Shown: positions 39,479 through 50,322, counted from the whole stretch's first letter. The stretch: 63,913 bases of DNA, filler included, from Acidimicrobiia bacterium (GCA_041577335.1; 3 parts of 3 records of this genome joined end to end with filler, not necessarily neighbours in it), one strand, 5' to 3'. Program-made: numbers and translations. Notes: a model not told the origin generated them from the letters alone.

Positions 39479-40981
39479 ATGACTGACGACACCTCACCTG
39501 AACAGAACGACGCCAAGGCGGCGGCGAAACCCGATCACGAGCCGCCGCCGCCGGCGTCGATGGAGGCGGTATGGCCGGGTCCCGACGGAGACCTGCCCTA
39601 CGCCGCCACGGGCAGCTGGATGGTTCTGCGCAAGAACGAAACCCCGGTCGCCGAGATCTTCTCGGTCAGCTACCTCGCCACCACCGACGAGGACCGGCCG
39701 GTGACCTTTGTTTTCAATGGCGGCCCTGGGGCCTCGTCGGCCTACCTGCATGTGGGCACGGTCGGGCCGAGGCGCGTCGACTTCCCCGCCGATGGCGCCC
39801 CGCCCGCCGCGCCGTTCCGTTTGGTGGACAACGCAGAGTCGTGGCTGGGCTTCACCGACCTCGTTTTGATCGACCCGGTCGGAACCGGGTTCAGCCGGGT
39901 CATCGAGTCGGACAAGAAGGGCGACGACAAGCCGAAAGACGCCGCCGAGGCCGACGAGTTCTACGGGCTCGATCGTGACTTGCAGTCGATGGGCGAGTTC
40001 ATCAGCCGCTGGTTGTCGAAGAACGATCGATGGGCTTCACCCATCTTCATTGCCGGAGAGAGTTACGGTGGCTTTCGGGCCGCCAAAATGGCGAAAGTGC
40101 TCCAGCACGACTCCGGTGTCGGCGTCAGCGGCACCATCCTCATCTCGCCGGCGCTGGAATTCCAGCTGCTGTCGTCAACCGACTACGACGTGCTGGCATG
40201 GGTGGACCGGCTCCCCACCATGGCCCTCGCCGCTGCCTTCCACGGACGGTCTCGAGCCTTCGGCTCTGCCGATGACCCTGTCGATATCCGCGCTGCGGCT
40301 GAGGAGTTCGCCACCGGCGACTACACCACCTTCCTCGTCCGGGGCGCCTCCATGGACGCTGCCGACCGCGCAGCCGTACTCGACCGCCTTGGAGATCTCC
40401 TCGGTTTGTCCCCGGAAGTGGTGGCGCGCAATGAGGGTCGCATCGGTGTCCTGACCTTCACTCGCGAACTGCTGCGAGACGAAAAGAAGGTCCTCGGCCT
40501 CTACGACACGGCAATCACGGCCACCGACCCCTTCCCCGATCGAGAGCCCTTCGCCGGGCCCGACCCGACCCTCGCCGGCTACGGGCCGGCTTTCACCGCC
40601 GCAGCCAACACCCTGCTGCGAAAGGAGATCGGCGTCGACTCCGAACGCGACTATCGGCTGCTCAGCTACGAGGTCAACAACGCCTGGAAGATCGATACCC
40701 CGCGCCACGCCCTCGAGGGGCAGGTCGGGGCCACCGACGACTTCCGTTACGGGATGAGCCTCAACCCACACATGAAGGCGTTCATCTGCCACGGCGTCTA
40801 CGACCTGGCTACGCCCTATTTCGGCTCGGATCGGCTGGTCAACCTCATGCGGCTCGATCCGACGGTCGCCGAGCGGATCACGTCCGAGCACTTCGGTGGC
40901 GGGCACATGTTCTACGCCTGGGAAGAAAGCCGGATCGCATTCCGGGACGCCGTGCAGGCATTCGTCGAATCGGCCACCTAG
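39479..40981 (+). CDS. Peptidase S10 serine carboxypeptidase
   Basis: FNGGPGASS, IDPVGTGFS, GESYGG, YDLATP, GGHMFY. Confidence 0.93.
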   Translation: MTDDTSPEQNDAKAAAKPDHEPPPPASMEAVWPGPDGDLPYAATGSWMVLRKNETPVAEIFSVSYLATTDEDRPVTFVFNGGPGASSAYLHVGTVGPRRVDFPADGAPPAAPFRLVDNAESWLGFTDLVLIDPVGTGFSRVIESDKKGDDKPKDAAEADEFYGLDRDLQSMGEFISRWLSKNDRWASPIFIAGESYGGFRAAKMAKVLQHDSGVGVSGTILISPALEFQLLSSTDYDVLAWVDRLPTMALAAAFHGRSRAFGSADDPVDIRAAAEEFATGDYTTFLVRGASMDAADRAAVLDRLGDLLGLSPEVVARNEGRIGVLTFTRELLRDEKKVLGLYDTAITATDPFPDREPFAGPDPTLAGYGPAFTAAANTLLRKEIGVDSERDYRLLSYEVNNAWKIDTPRHALEGQVGATDDFRYGMSLNPHMKAFICHGVYDLATPYFGSDRLVNLMRLDPTVAERITSEHFGGGHMFYAWEESRIAFRDAVQAFVESAT

Positions 40982-41259
40982 CACTGAACCCACGTGGCTC
41001 TCAGGCCTGACGACAACCTGAGGTGTATGGTCAGACTGGGGCAGGGTTCCGGTTTCCACACGAAGACCGAAACATCTGAACAGGGGAAGTTCATGGGGAT
41101 GAGCACGTCGACGGGCCCAGGGCTGTCAGGCCTTCAGTCGCGCCCAAGCAACCACGGTCATCGTCCGGCCTTGCCGCGCCGCGTTCACCCGACATACCGG
41201 AGCGAACCCCGTCGCCGCCAACCCGCGTTCCACCCAAGGAGCCACGTCCGGGAGGACTG

Positions 41260-43818
41260 ATGCGAAAGATCAAATGGCACCACCGTCTGTTGCTGGGAAT
41301 CGCAGGCGCCTTTTCAGGACTCCTCGCGGCAGCCGGTTTCTCGATCATCCTCGTCCAAGGCCGAGGATTCGCGTTCGAGCCGGCCGCCGCCGTCACCGCG
41401 ACTGGGCTCATCCTTGGTTTCGTGTGGGGCGCAGCCGCCCCGGGCAAGTGGCTTCAGCGGGCGGGAACGGTGGTGGCGCTGGCTCTGGCCGCCGGCACCA
41501 TATTCATCGGGGCGCAACCGGCGGCCGCTCAGCCCGCCAACTGCCTCGCAAGCCTCACGATCACCACAACGATCGACGGCGATGTAACCACCGTCGACCT
41601 CCTCGCCGGATCAGCCGCTTCGCCTGCGGTCGTCCCGGTCGGCGAAGGCGCAATCGAGTTGTTCGCCTCGGCGCCAGGGATTGAACGCGGGGTGCTGCGA
41701 GTGTTCATGGACGAAGCCTCTAATCCCCTCGTGCCCTTGGAAGGCGACCGCACGCTGATCTTCCACGGCGAGATTGTCGGCGGCGACATTCGCATCACCG
41801 ACCGGCTGGTGAGCGGGCAAGCCACCGAACCCGCATTCGTCTTGAACGACTCAGGATTCCTGATTCCGCAGCTCGGTGTGTTCGAGGTCGTGGTCACCGT
41901 GACCGACCTCCTCACCGATGCACCAGTGGCCTGCGAGCAGAGCATCTGGATCCAATTCACATCACAACCGATCTCGACGCCGCTCGGCATCGCCGGCATA
42001 GGAATGACGTTGCTGGGCCTCATCGGCCTGCTTTGGGTTCCCCGACTGGCCCCAAAGCCTGCGCCGGCGCCAACACCCGCACCTGTTCCGACCCCGGTAC
42101 CACCGCCGACTCCTCCCCCGCCCCCACCACCACCGCTGCCGGCCCCAACCGCGCTCGCCCACGTCGGCCCGACGAACGGCCGAGTGGAGCTGTCGATCGA
42201 AGAAGCACCCTCGGACGGATCAGGTCGGGCCGCATCCCCCACGCCCGTCGACCCTGCTCAACCGCTCGTGGCCGGCCGTGAGTATCGACTGTTGGTGACC
42301 ATCCGGCCAGATCTGAAAGTGGACGAAACCTCCGAGGAGCACCTCCGAGCGACGGCCAGCTCGTCGGCCTTCACCTTTCGGCCGGCGATCACGCTGAGCC
42401 CGTTCGGTCTCCCTGTCGACCTGACGATTCCGCTCACGCCGCGACGCGAGGGCAAACAGTCTTTCGCCGTTGACATCACCTACAACGGCCACCTCCTGCA
42501 GACGGAGCGGGTTGATCTGTCGGTGGTTCGTTCGGCGGGTGAAGCGACAACGTCCAAAATGCCGGCCCAGGCCCGCACTTTGATCGCGGCATCTGATTTC
42601 TCCGCCGACGAGCTGAAACAACGCAAGGCACGGGCTCTCACCATCGTTCTCGAGCACGACCCGCTCGACGGATCAGCCAACATACGCTGCTTCGATACGA
42701 CCGGCCGCCTTCTGTACTACATCGACTCGACCGCCGCCGGCGACGCCATTCTCGACGAATGCGCACGGGCGAGGCGGAGGCTCTCAGGTGGGCTCAAGAA
42801 TTGGGCCGAGCACGGGGGGATGCTGCCCACGTCGGCGGCCGTTGACGAACTGCGCGCTCTGGTCGTGAACGGCACATATCTGTATCAGGCACTGTTCCCT
42901 GCCCACGAACACACGACTGGTTCCAAAGAAGCGGTCGAGGCTCTTCTGACCGATGGCGCCATCATTCAGGTCAATCAGATCCGCTCCGGACTGGGACGGG
43001 CGACGATTCCCTGGAGCGTGATCTACGACCGGCCATTCGCAGACGACCCCGACGCCAACACGATCTGCGAGACCTACCCCACCCATCCCCCGGACAGGTG
43101 CCCAGCGGAGGGCGATCCGCTGGTCTTCTGTCCGACCGGATTCTGGGGATACCGGCTCATCGTCGAGCAACCCGAAGCAGAGGTGCGGGCAGCCGACCCG
43201 AACATCGCAGTGCCACCGATCGATGTCGCCGGCGGCGACGCCGGACCGATCCTCGTTCACCTCAAACAAGGCCTCAGCGATACGAAGCGCCAACGAACCG
43301 ACCTCGCCAAGCTGCCCTTCGTTCAGTGGATCGCCAGCCTCAGCGACCTGGTCGACTCGGTTGCCCGCCGAGACATGCGGGCCCTGTATATCTACACCCA
43401 CGACGCCCGCGTCGACGATCGGCCCGCCCTCCAGATCGGAGACGGCCATCTCACGCTCCTCGCCTTCGGTGGACGGGAGCCGAGCTGGACCAACCGGCCC
43501 GTCGTGTTCGTCAACGCATGTTCGTCGGGCGCGATCACGGCCGCCGAAGCAACCAGCTTCATCCGGCTCTTCCGGAGCTTTGGAGCGGCCAGTGTCATCA
43601 CTACAGAATCGACCGTCTTCGACCCCCATGCCGGCCGGCTCGGCTCACGACTCTTCGAAGCCGCCCTCGGCGGCACACCCATCGGCACGGAGCTTCTCGA
43701 CCTGCGACGCCAGCTGTTGAAAGAGCTCAACCCGCTGGGCCTCGCCTATGCCATCCATGGGATGGCCGATGCCCAGATTCGCGCGGATAGTCCGACGGCC
43801 ATGGCCGGCTCATCGTGA
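41260..43818 (+). CDS. Multi-TM receptor-like protein with a C-terminal CHAT (caspase-family) protease domain
   Basis: 3 N-terminal hydrophobic helices, beta-rich segment, TM, Pro-rich linker, beta-sandwich, then IPWSVIYD, GFWG, YTH (His 43399), VFVNACSS (Cys 43519), LRR.LL..NPLGLAY. Confidence 0.85.
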   Translation: MRKIKWHHRLLLGIAGAFSGLLAAAGFSIILVQGRGFAFEPAAAVTATGLILGFVWGAAAPGKWLQRAGTVVALALAAGTIFIGAQPAAAQPANCLASLTITTTIDGDVTTVDLLAGSAASPAVVPVGEGAIELFASAPGIERGVLRVFMDEASNPLVPLEGDRTLIFHGEIVGGDIRITDRLVSGQATEPAFVLNDSGFLIPQLGVFEVVVTVTDLLTDAPVACEQSIWIQFTSQPISTPLGIAGIGMTLLGLIGLLWVPRLAPKPAPAPTPAPVPTPVPPPTPPPPPPPPLPAPTALAHVGPTNGRVELSIEEAPSDGSGRAASPTPVDPAQPLVAGREYRLLVTIRPDLKVDETSEEHLRATASSSAFTFRPAITLSPFGLPVDLTIPLTPRREGKQSFAVDITYNGHLLQTERVDLSVVRSAGEATTSKMPAQARTLIAASDFSADELKQRKARALTIVLEHDPLDGSANIRCFDTTGRLLYYIDSTAAGDAILDECARARRRLSGGLKNWAEHGGMLPTSAAVDELRALVVNGTYLYQALFPAHEHTTGSKEAVEALLTDGAIIQVNQIRSGLGRATIPWSVIYDRPFADDPDANTICETYPTHPPDRCPAEGDPLVFCPTGFWGYRLIVEQPEAEVRAADPNIAVPPIDVAGGDAGPILVHLKQGLSDTKRQRTDLAKLPFVQWIASLSDLVDSVARRDMRALYIYTHDARVDDRPALQIGDGHLTLLAFGGREPSWTNRPVVFVNACSSGAITAAEATSFIRLFRSFGAASVITTESTVFDPHAGRLGSRLFEAALGGTPIGTELLDLRRQLLKELNPLGLAYAIHGMADAQIRADSPTAMAGSS

Positions 43819-45479
43819 GGTGGTTTGCCGTCCTTGCCCTGGTCGTCGCAGCGTGTGCGGTGCCGGCATCGGGGCCGGCAACACTCGCCGACTTCGCGTC
43901 GACGACCACGGGCACCGAGGTCTCGATCCCGGTGCTCGTCAACGATTGGCCGGCCGGCGAGCTGACCCTCGAAGGAGCAACCGTGACCCATCCTGGGCAG
44001 GGCGTCAACGTCCGAGCAGATGGCGAACAGCTGGTCATCAGCTCAGAGCAGTTCGAAGGCACCGCCCAGATCGAATACACCGTCTCGTTGGGAGCGATGC
44101 AAGCAACGGGCCTGGTCGAAGTGGAAATCCTCCAACCGACGCTCGACATTGCGTTCGACGAGACCGACTTTGGGACCGTCCCTCTCTTCACTGAGACGCA
44201 GCTGGTCGGCACGCTCACGGGGAGCCTTGGAGCGACGCCGGTTTCAGTCGATGTCGAGGGCCCAGTGCGTGTCGACACCTGTGAGTTTGTCGATGAGGGG
44301 AGCAGCTGCGATGTAATCGTGACGTGGGCTCCCGATCATGTCGATGGCCCGCTCGCCGCGTTGGTTTCCATCAACGGTGCCGGCGTGGAGTTCTCTGGAC
44401 AACCGGTGCACGGCCTCGAGGCGACCATCGCACAACCATGGTCGGTTGCCGAGGGGTCCGTGTTCGCTGGAGAGGTCACCCTGCGAAACGTCACCACGCA
44501 CCCGTTGCGAGTCGCGTCGGAGTCCACCGGTGGGCTCGTCGCAGAAGGGTGCGATTTCGTGGGTCCGGCGGAGATATGCACCGTAGGGGTGAGCTTCGAC
44601 GCCACTACGCGACCCGCCTCCGCAGGGCCCATAACGGGAACTCTCGTGTTCCGATACGGGCTCGACGCTCCGACCATAGAAACGGAATTGGAGTACCTCG
44701 TAGCGGTTGAGTCGGTCGAGCCGTCGACTCCGGTGCTCGAGCCGATACCCGAGGTCCTGTGGCTGGGGGACATCGCAGGGTTACCGCTGAGTTGGTCGTC
44801 CGAGACGCCACCACCTGGCGGATACCGGGTGACAACGACGTGCGATCCCGACGAGGTCAACTGCGACAACGAGGCCTTCCTCGATCAACCGACCGCCACT
44901 CAATCCCCTCATCTGGACGAGGCATCAGAGTCGTATCTCGAGATAGCTCTTGAAACGTTCGAACTCGCCGAGATCGGCGGTGTGACCTGGTCGGTGGACT
45001 GGCTGACCGCCGACGCCGGAGCCTCGGAGACCGCGACAGAACGCGTCGCAGTGGTGAGCCGTCCGGCGGAGTACGGCTCCCCGACATTCGAGGGTGCAAC
45101 GGATGGCGGTAGCAGCAACGACTTCGTCGTCGCGCATGCCGGAGAGAAGCTCACGGTCACGCTGGGATACCAGCTCTACACGCTTTCACAGCGGCGCCCG
45201 ACCGTCCTGGCCGAAGTCTCGTACGTTGGTGACAGCAACACATTATTCGCGACTGTGACCGATCTCGGTGTGTCCAGTCTCGCCGTCGGCGATCAGCTCA
45301 TAGTCAACGTTGACCTCATGCCATTCTTCGACCAGATCGGCGGCCAGAAGCCGATCGTGATCACGCTAGACACGCTGATCTTCGTCTCCGACAAAGCAGC
45401 ATGGTGTCAGCCGAGCCTGTGCGAACATCAGGTGAGCATCGACGTTGACTTCTGGACCATCTTCTTCGACATCCAATGA
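43815..45479 (+). CDS. Lipoprotein with tandem Ig-like beta-sandwich domains
   Basis: Lipobox VVAAC; D..ST..G..V.IPVLVND (Big_9/cadherin-like); paired Cys; acidic, beta-rich; GTGA overlap. Confidence 0.75.
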   Translation: MRWFAVLALVVAACAVPASGPATLADFASTTTGTEVSIPVLVNDWPAGELTLEGATVTHPGQGVNVRADGEQLVISSEQFEGTAQIEYTVSLGAMQATGLVEVEILQPTLDIAFDETDFGTVPLFTETQLVGTLTGSLGATPVSVDVEGPVRVDTCEFVDEGSSCDVIVTWAPDHVDGPLAALVSINGAGVEFSGQPVHGLEATIAQPWSVAEGSVFAGEVTLRNVTTHPLRVASESTGGLVAEGCDFVGPAEICTVGVSFDATTRPASAGPITGTLVFRYGLDAPTIETELEYLVAVESVEPSTPVLEPIPEVLWLGDIAGLPLSWSSETPPPGGYRVTTTCDPDEVNCDNEAFLDQPTATQSPHLDEASESYLEIALETFELAEIGGVTWSVDWLTADAGASETATERVAVVSRPAEYGSPTFEGATDGGSSNDFVVAHAGEKLTVTLGYQLYTLSQRRPTVLAEVSYVGDSNTLFATVTDLGVSSLAVGDQLIVNVDLMPFFDQIGGQKPIVITLDTLIFVSDKAAWCQPSLCEHQVSIDVDFWTIFFDIQ

Positions 45480-47359
45480 CGCAACCAATCCCCCTCGCCC
45501 CGGCCGTTGTTGTCGACTCCGCTGCACCAGCCAGCACGCTGCAGGTCCTGCTTTCCGCGCAGCCGGAGGTTGACTATGTGTTGGTACGAGCTGCTGCAAC
45601 GCCGACATGGCACCTGTTTTCCCGGCAAACGGCTGCCGACGCAACCGGCGGTCGCCTCTCAGAACCGATCGACTCGGTCCTGTACCTCGATTCCATGAAC
45701 GAGATCGCAGAGATCCCCATGCCCGATCGTGACCTCGACGCCATCGGATACGGGGTAGTTGTCCTTGGAACGGAAGTCGTAGGGCTGAGCCTTCGGGCTG
45801 TCGCGCTCGGCGGCGACAGCGATCTAAGCCCCAGCGACTCAGACCTGTCCGACAGTGGAGAGTTTGCCGCCGCTGCCAGCATCGTCGCACCAACCCAGGT
45901 TGCGCCTGGGGCCATCTTCGAGATCAATCCGAAGATCGAACGCTCGGAGTCGCCCAACCTCTTCCTGGAAGAGCTTCCAGACGACATGCCGGTCATCGAG
46001 TTCGACGTCACCGTCAACGCCCCGCTCGCCGACGGCGAGAAAGCAACAAAGCAGCTAGCCGTCGACCGAACAACACTCGAGCACGAGCCCGTTTCCTTCC
46101 GCCTCCAGGCCCCCTTCGACTCGGATTCGATCCTTGTCGAGGCCGAATTCTCTTTCCTGGGCATGCCCGTCTCGATCGTGAGTGCCGCTGTGCACGTCGG
46201 AGAAGCCGGGCCGACGTCGACATCCTCTCATCAGGCCCAATTGATGCCCGTGCCCTCCGCAGTCCCGGACATGGTCATCACTATCGCCCGAACCAACAGA
46301 GCCGGCGGAAACCGATACCAGGTCCAGATGGCGTCGAAACACGCCCGTCACCAACCCGCCATCACTCACGACATCGACTGGGAGCCCGACCAAGCTGGGA
46401 TCGGCACCAGGCTCGTGGCGCTCATGGACTCTGCAGTTCCGCTCGAGCTCACCAAGGAGCTGATTGGCGGAGTGGCCACCACGCTTTCGGATGCGCTTGG
46501 CGACGCCTTCTGGCGCACGTTCGACGAGATCATGACGAGGAGGCCCGACGACGGTGACCCACCATCCGTCCTGCTGATCACCACCGACACGCAGATTCCG
46601 TGGGAGCTGACTCTCATGCCGCGCCCGGCGAGGTCCGATATCCCGGCGTTCCTCGGCGCTCAGTGTCGAGTCGGTAGGTGGCTGCGTCTGCCCGGTGCCC
46701 GGCCGTCACCAGATGCGACCATGCAGGCGAGATCGCTTGGTGTGATTGTCGGGCACTACCAACGTTCGACCGGTATCGCTCCCCTGCCGGAAGCCGAAGC
46801 GGAGGCCGAAGCGCTCCGCAACGAATTCGGGGCGGTCGTCATCCCTGCGACGGCTGACTCGTTTGATGGAGCGCTGCGTGGTGAAGCGGGCGAGCCCCCG
46901 TCTTCTGTCGACGCCATCCACTTCGCCGGTCATGGCGAACACTCGCCCACCAGCAACACGGTCGCCCTTCTCCTCGAGGACGGCTACCGGGTACCGGCCA
47001 TCATCTTCGCAACCGCCTCAGGACTAGAGCATCGTGACGGCTTCCTGTTCTTGAATGCCTGCAGGGCAGGTACGTCCATCGCCCTGTTTGGCCAACCGGC
47101 CGGCGCTGTCGGGTCAGCCGTGAGAGCCGGATACAAGGGAGTCGTTGCTCCCTACTGGTCGGTGAGCGATGGCATAGCAAGAGAGGTTTCGGAGTCGTTC
47201 TATGAAGCCCAGCGTGCGGGCGTGCCAGTGGCAGAATTCCTACGTCAAGCTCGCTCTCGATTCATGGAAGACGAACACGGCCGCGCTGACGCGACCTGGC
47301 TTGCCTACACGTTCTACGGCCACCCAGAGCTGAGCCTCAACGGCCCCTGGGCGACGTAG
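45476..47359 (+). CDS. Soluble CHAT-domain (caspase-family) protease
   Basis: IPWEL, LPEAEAEA, IHFAGHG (His 46931), FLNACRAG (Cys 47060), VAPYWSVSD, AYTFYGHP; ATGA overlap. Confidence 0.9.
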   Translation: MTQPIPLAPAVVVDSAAPASTLQVLLSAQPEVDYVLVRAAATPTWHLFSRQTAADATGGRLSEPIDSVLYLDSMNEIAEIPMPDRDLDAIGYGVVVLGTEVVGLSLRAVALGGDSDLSPSDSDLSDSGEFAAAASIVAPTQVAPGAIFEINPKIERSESPNLFLEELPDDMPVIEFDVTVNAPLADGEKATKQLAVDRTTLEHEPVSFRLQAPFDSDSILVEAEFSFLGMPVSIVSAAVHVGEAGPTSTSSHQAQLMPVPSAVPDMVITIARTNRAGGNRYQVQMASKHARHQPAITHDIDWEPDQAGIGTRLVALMDSAVPLELTKELIGGVATTLSDALGDAFWRTFDEIMTRRPDDGDPPSVLLITTDTQIPWELTLMPRPARSDIPAFLGAQCRVGRWLRLPGARPSPDATMQARSLGVIVGHYQRSTGIAPLPEAEAEAEALRNEFGAVVIPATADSFDGALRGEAGEPPSSVDAIHFAGHGEHSPTSNTVALLLEDGYRVPAIIFATASGLEHRDGFLFLNACRAGTSIALFGQPAGAVGSAVRAGYKGVVAPYWSVSDGIAREVSESFYEAQRAGVPVAEFLRQARSRFMEDEHGRADATWLAYTFYGHPELSLNGPWAT

Positions 47360-47393
47360 CTCGCCCAATGGTCCAGGGGTGATGAATGCGACA

Positions 47394-47493
47394 NNNNNNN
47401 NNNNNNNNNNNNNNNNNNNNNNNNNNNNNNNNNNNNNTTAATTAATTAANNNNNNNNNNNNNNNNNNNNNNNNNNNNNNNNNNNNNNNNNNNN
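47394..47493. other. Artificial contig spacer
   Basis: 44 N + TTAATTAATTAA + 44 N. Confidence 0.97.
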
Positions 47494-47602
47494 CGACGAT
47501 CTCCTCAGGCGTTCCAACATCTATGCCTCGATCTCGGGAACGCTCACGACGTACCGGTTCCACGAACGGGTCGGTGACTTCCTCGAGGAAGGCGCCGAAG
47601 TC

Positions 47603-48361
47603 TGTGAGATCGTGAACGACGACGGGAGCGTTGCGCGCGGTCCGGAACTCGAACGGTTCGCCAAAGAACACGGCCTCACGCTCATCACCATTGCCGACCT
47701 CATCGCCTTCCGCCGGGCCAACGAGCGGGTGGTGCGGCGGATGAGCGAAGCAGAGATACCTACCCAATGGGGGCTGTTTCGAGCGGTCGGCTTCGAATCG
47801 CTCATCGATGGGAGGGAACACATCGCCCTCGTCAGAGGTGACGTGAGCGGTGAACAGGACGTGCTCACCCGGGTTCATTCGGAGTGCCTCACCGGAGATG
47901 TGTTTCACAGCCAACGTTGCGACTGCGGGTTCCAGCTCGAGGATGCCCTCCGCAAAATCGGCGAGGAAGGACAGGGGGTGCTTCTCTACATCCGTGGCCA
48001 CGAGGGTCGGGGGATCGGCCTGATGCACAAGCTCAAGGCCTACGCGCTCCAAGATGCAGGCCTCGATACCGTCGAGGCGAATCAGGAGCTCGGCTTCCCG
48101 CCCGATGCCCGTGACTACGGGGTGGGCGCCGCGATCCTCGTCGAGCTGGGCCTCACCAGTCTTCGCCTGTTGACGAACAACCCCACGAAACGTGCCGGCA
48201 TCGAGGGCTACGGCCTGTCGATCTCCGAGCGGGTTCCGCTCGAGACCGCCCGCACCGATCACAACCGCGAGTACCTCCAAACCAAGGCCGAGAAGCTCGG
48301 GCACTTCCTGTCCGGCGAAAATGAGCCCGACCGCGATTCAGGTCCCGATGCGGAGGGCTGA
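47603..48361 (+). CDS. ribBA: Bifunctional DHBP synthase / GTP cyclohydrolase II, 3' part
   Basis: CEIVNDDG (RibB C-terminus), [28 protein letters not shown]; 5' part missing. Confidence 0.9.
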   Translation, partial: CEIVNDDGSVARGPELERFAKEHGLTLITIADLIAFRRANERVVRRMSEAEIPTQWGLFRAVGFESLIDGREHIALVRGDVSGEQDVLTRVHSECLTGDVFHSQRCDCGFQLEDALRKIGEEGQGVLLYIRGHEGRGIGLMHKLKAYALQDAGLDTVEANQELGFPPDARDYGVGAAILVELGLTSLRLLTNNPTKRAGIEGYGLSISERVPLETARTDHNREYLQTKAEKLGHFLSGENEPDRDSGPDAEG

Positions 48362-48806
48362 GGCGCCTCCCCACGTCGACGGTCGCGGTCTGGCCGTTGC
48401 GGTCGTGGTATCGACTTTCAACTCCCAGCTGACCTTTGCGCTGCGGGACGCGGCCCTCGAGACCCTCGCAAACGCGGGCGTCACGGATGTGACGGTGGTC
48501 GAGGTATCCGGCTCTCTGGAGCTTCCCTTACTCGCCGCCGAGCTGGCCCCGAGACACGACGCGGTGATTGCCCTCGGCGTCGTCATCGAAGGAGAGACCG
48601 ATCACTACGAGCATGTCGCCACCCAGAGCATGGCGGGGCTGATGCGGGTGAGCCTCGATACCGCCACCCCCATCGGCAACGGGTTGCTGACCGTGCGCAA
48701 AGAGTCCCATGCCGTGGACCGAAGCAAGCCCGGACCGGCCAACAAGGGCGCAGAAGCGGCCCACGCCGCGCTCGTGGCGGCGCGGGCGGTTGGCGGCCTG
48801 CGTTGA
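48348..48806 (+). CDS. ribH: 6,7-dimethyl-8-ribityllumazine synthase
   Basis: [29 protein letters not shown]; follows ribBA. Confidence 0.93.
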   Translation: MRRAEAPPHVDGRGLAVAVVVSTFNSQLTFALRDAALETLANAGVTDVTVVEVSGSLELPLLAAELAPRHDAVIALGVVIEGETDHYEHVATQSMAGLMRVSLDTATPIGNGLLTVRKESHAVDRSKPGPANKGAEAAHAALVAARAVGGLR

Positions 48807-48845
48807 CTTGCTGTCGGCAGTTGGCGATACTGGCGACGCACAACC

Positions 48846-48971
48846 GAGAAGAAGCGGACACATGCTCCCACCCGGCCACCATTGCAGGTGCGCCGTGGTC
48901 ACAGACAGCAACCGATCGGCGCGGCCGGCGCGGAGCTGATCAACGTGGAGCAGCCTCTGTGGCTGCTTTTT
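48846..48971 (+). promoter_or_regulatory. Candidate L20 ribosomal-protein leader upstream of infC-rpmI-rplT
   Basis: AGAAGCGG..TGCTCCCACC can pair with GTGGAGCA, followed by a GCAGCC..GGCTGC-TTTT terminator-like hairpin; expected position for this leader. Confidence 0.5.
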
Positions 48972-48998
48972 CATTGTCTAGGAATGAGGAGAGACAAC

Positions 48999-49755
<757 letters not shown>

Positions 49756-49778
<23 letters not shown>

Positions 49779-49950
49779 GGGAAGCGCCAAGCGGTTCAAG
49801 ACGACAGGCACCGGCAAGTTGCGGCGTCGTCAATCCGGCCGCGGCCATCTCAAGCTTGCCAAGGGCAAAGACAGCTATCGCCGGCTCAAGGGAACCGAAG
49901 ACGTATCACCGGCCGACGCGAAGCGCGTCAAGCGCCTGTTGGGGAAGTAG
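49756..49950 (+). CDS. rpmI: 50S ribosomal protein L35
   Basis: [21 protein letters not shown]. Confidence 0.97.
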
Positions 49951-49955
49951 GGACA

Positions 49956-50309
49956 ATGGCACGCGTCAAACGCGCCGTACATGCGCGCAAGAAGCATCGG
50001 AAAGTTCTCGATCGGGCATCGGGCTACACAGGAGCTCGCAGCCGACGGTTCAAGACAGCCAACGAGCAAGTCATGCACGCCATGCAGGACTCGTACGACC
50101 ACCGCAAGGCCCGCAAGGGTGACTTCCGACGCCTGTGGATCGCTCGCATCAACGCGGCCGCTCGCCAGAATGGCACCACGTATAGCCGCTTGATCGCCGG
50201 ATTGAAGGCGGCAGAAATCGAAGTCGATCGTAAGATGCTGGCTGAAATGGCCGTCAACGACCCCAACGCGTTCACCCAACTCGTGGAGCTCGCCGGCCAA
50301 AACAGCTAG
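49956..50309 (+). CDS. rplT: 50S ribosomal protein L20
   Basis: MARVKR...[15 protein letters not shown]...DRKMLAEMA. Confidence 0.98.
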   Translation: MARVKRAVHARKKHRKVLDRASGYTGARSRRFKTANEQVMHAMQDSYDHRKARKGDFRRLWIARINAAARQNGTTYSRLIAGLKAAEIEVDRKMLAEMAVNDPNAFTQLVELAGQNS

Positions 50310-50322
50310 CTCGGCATCGTCC

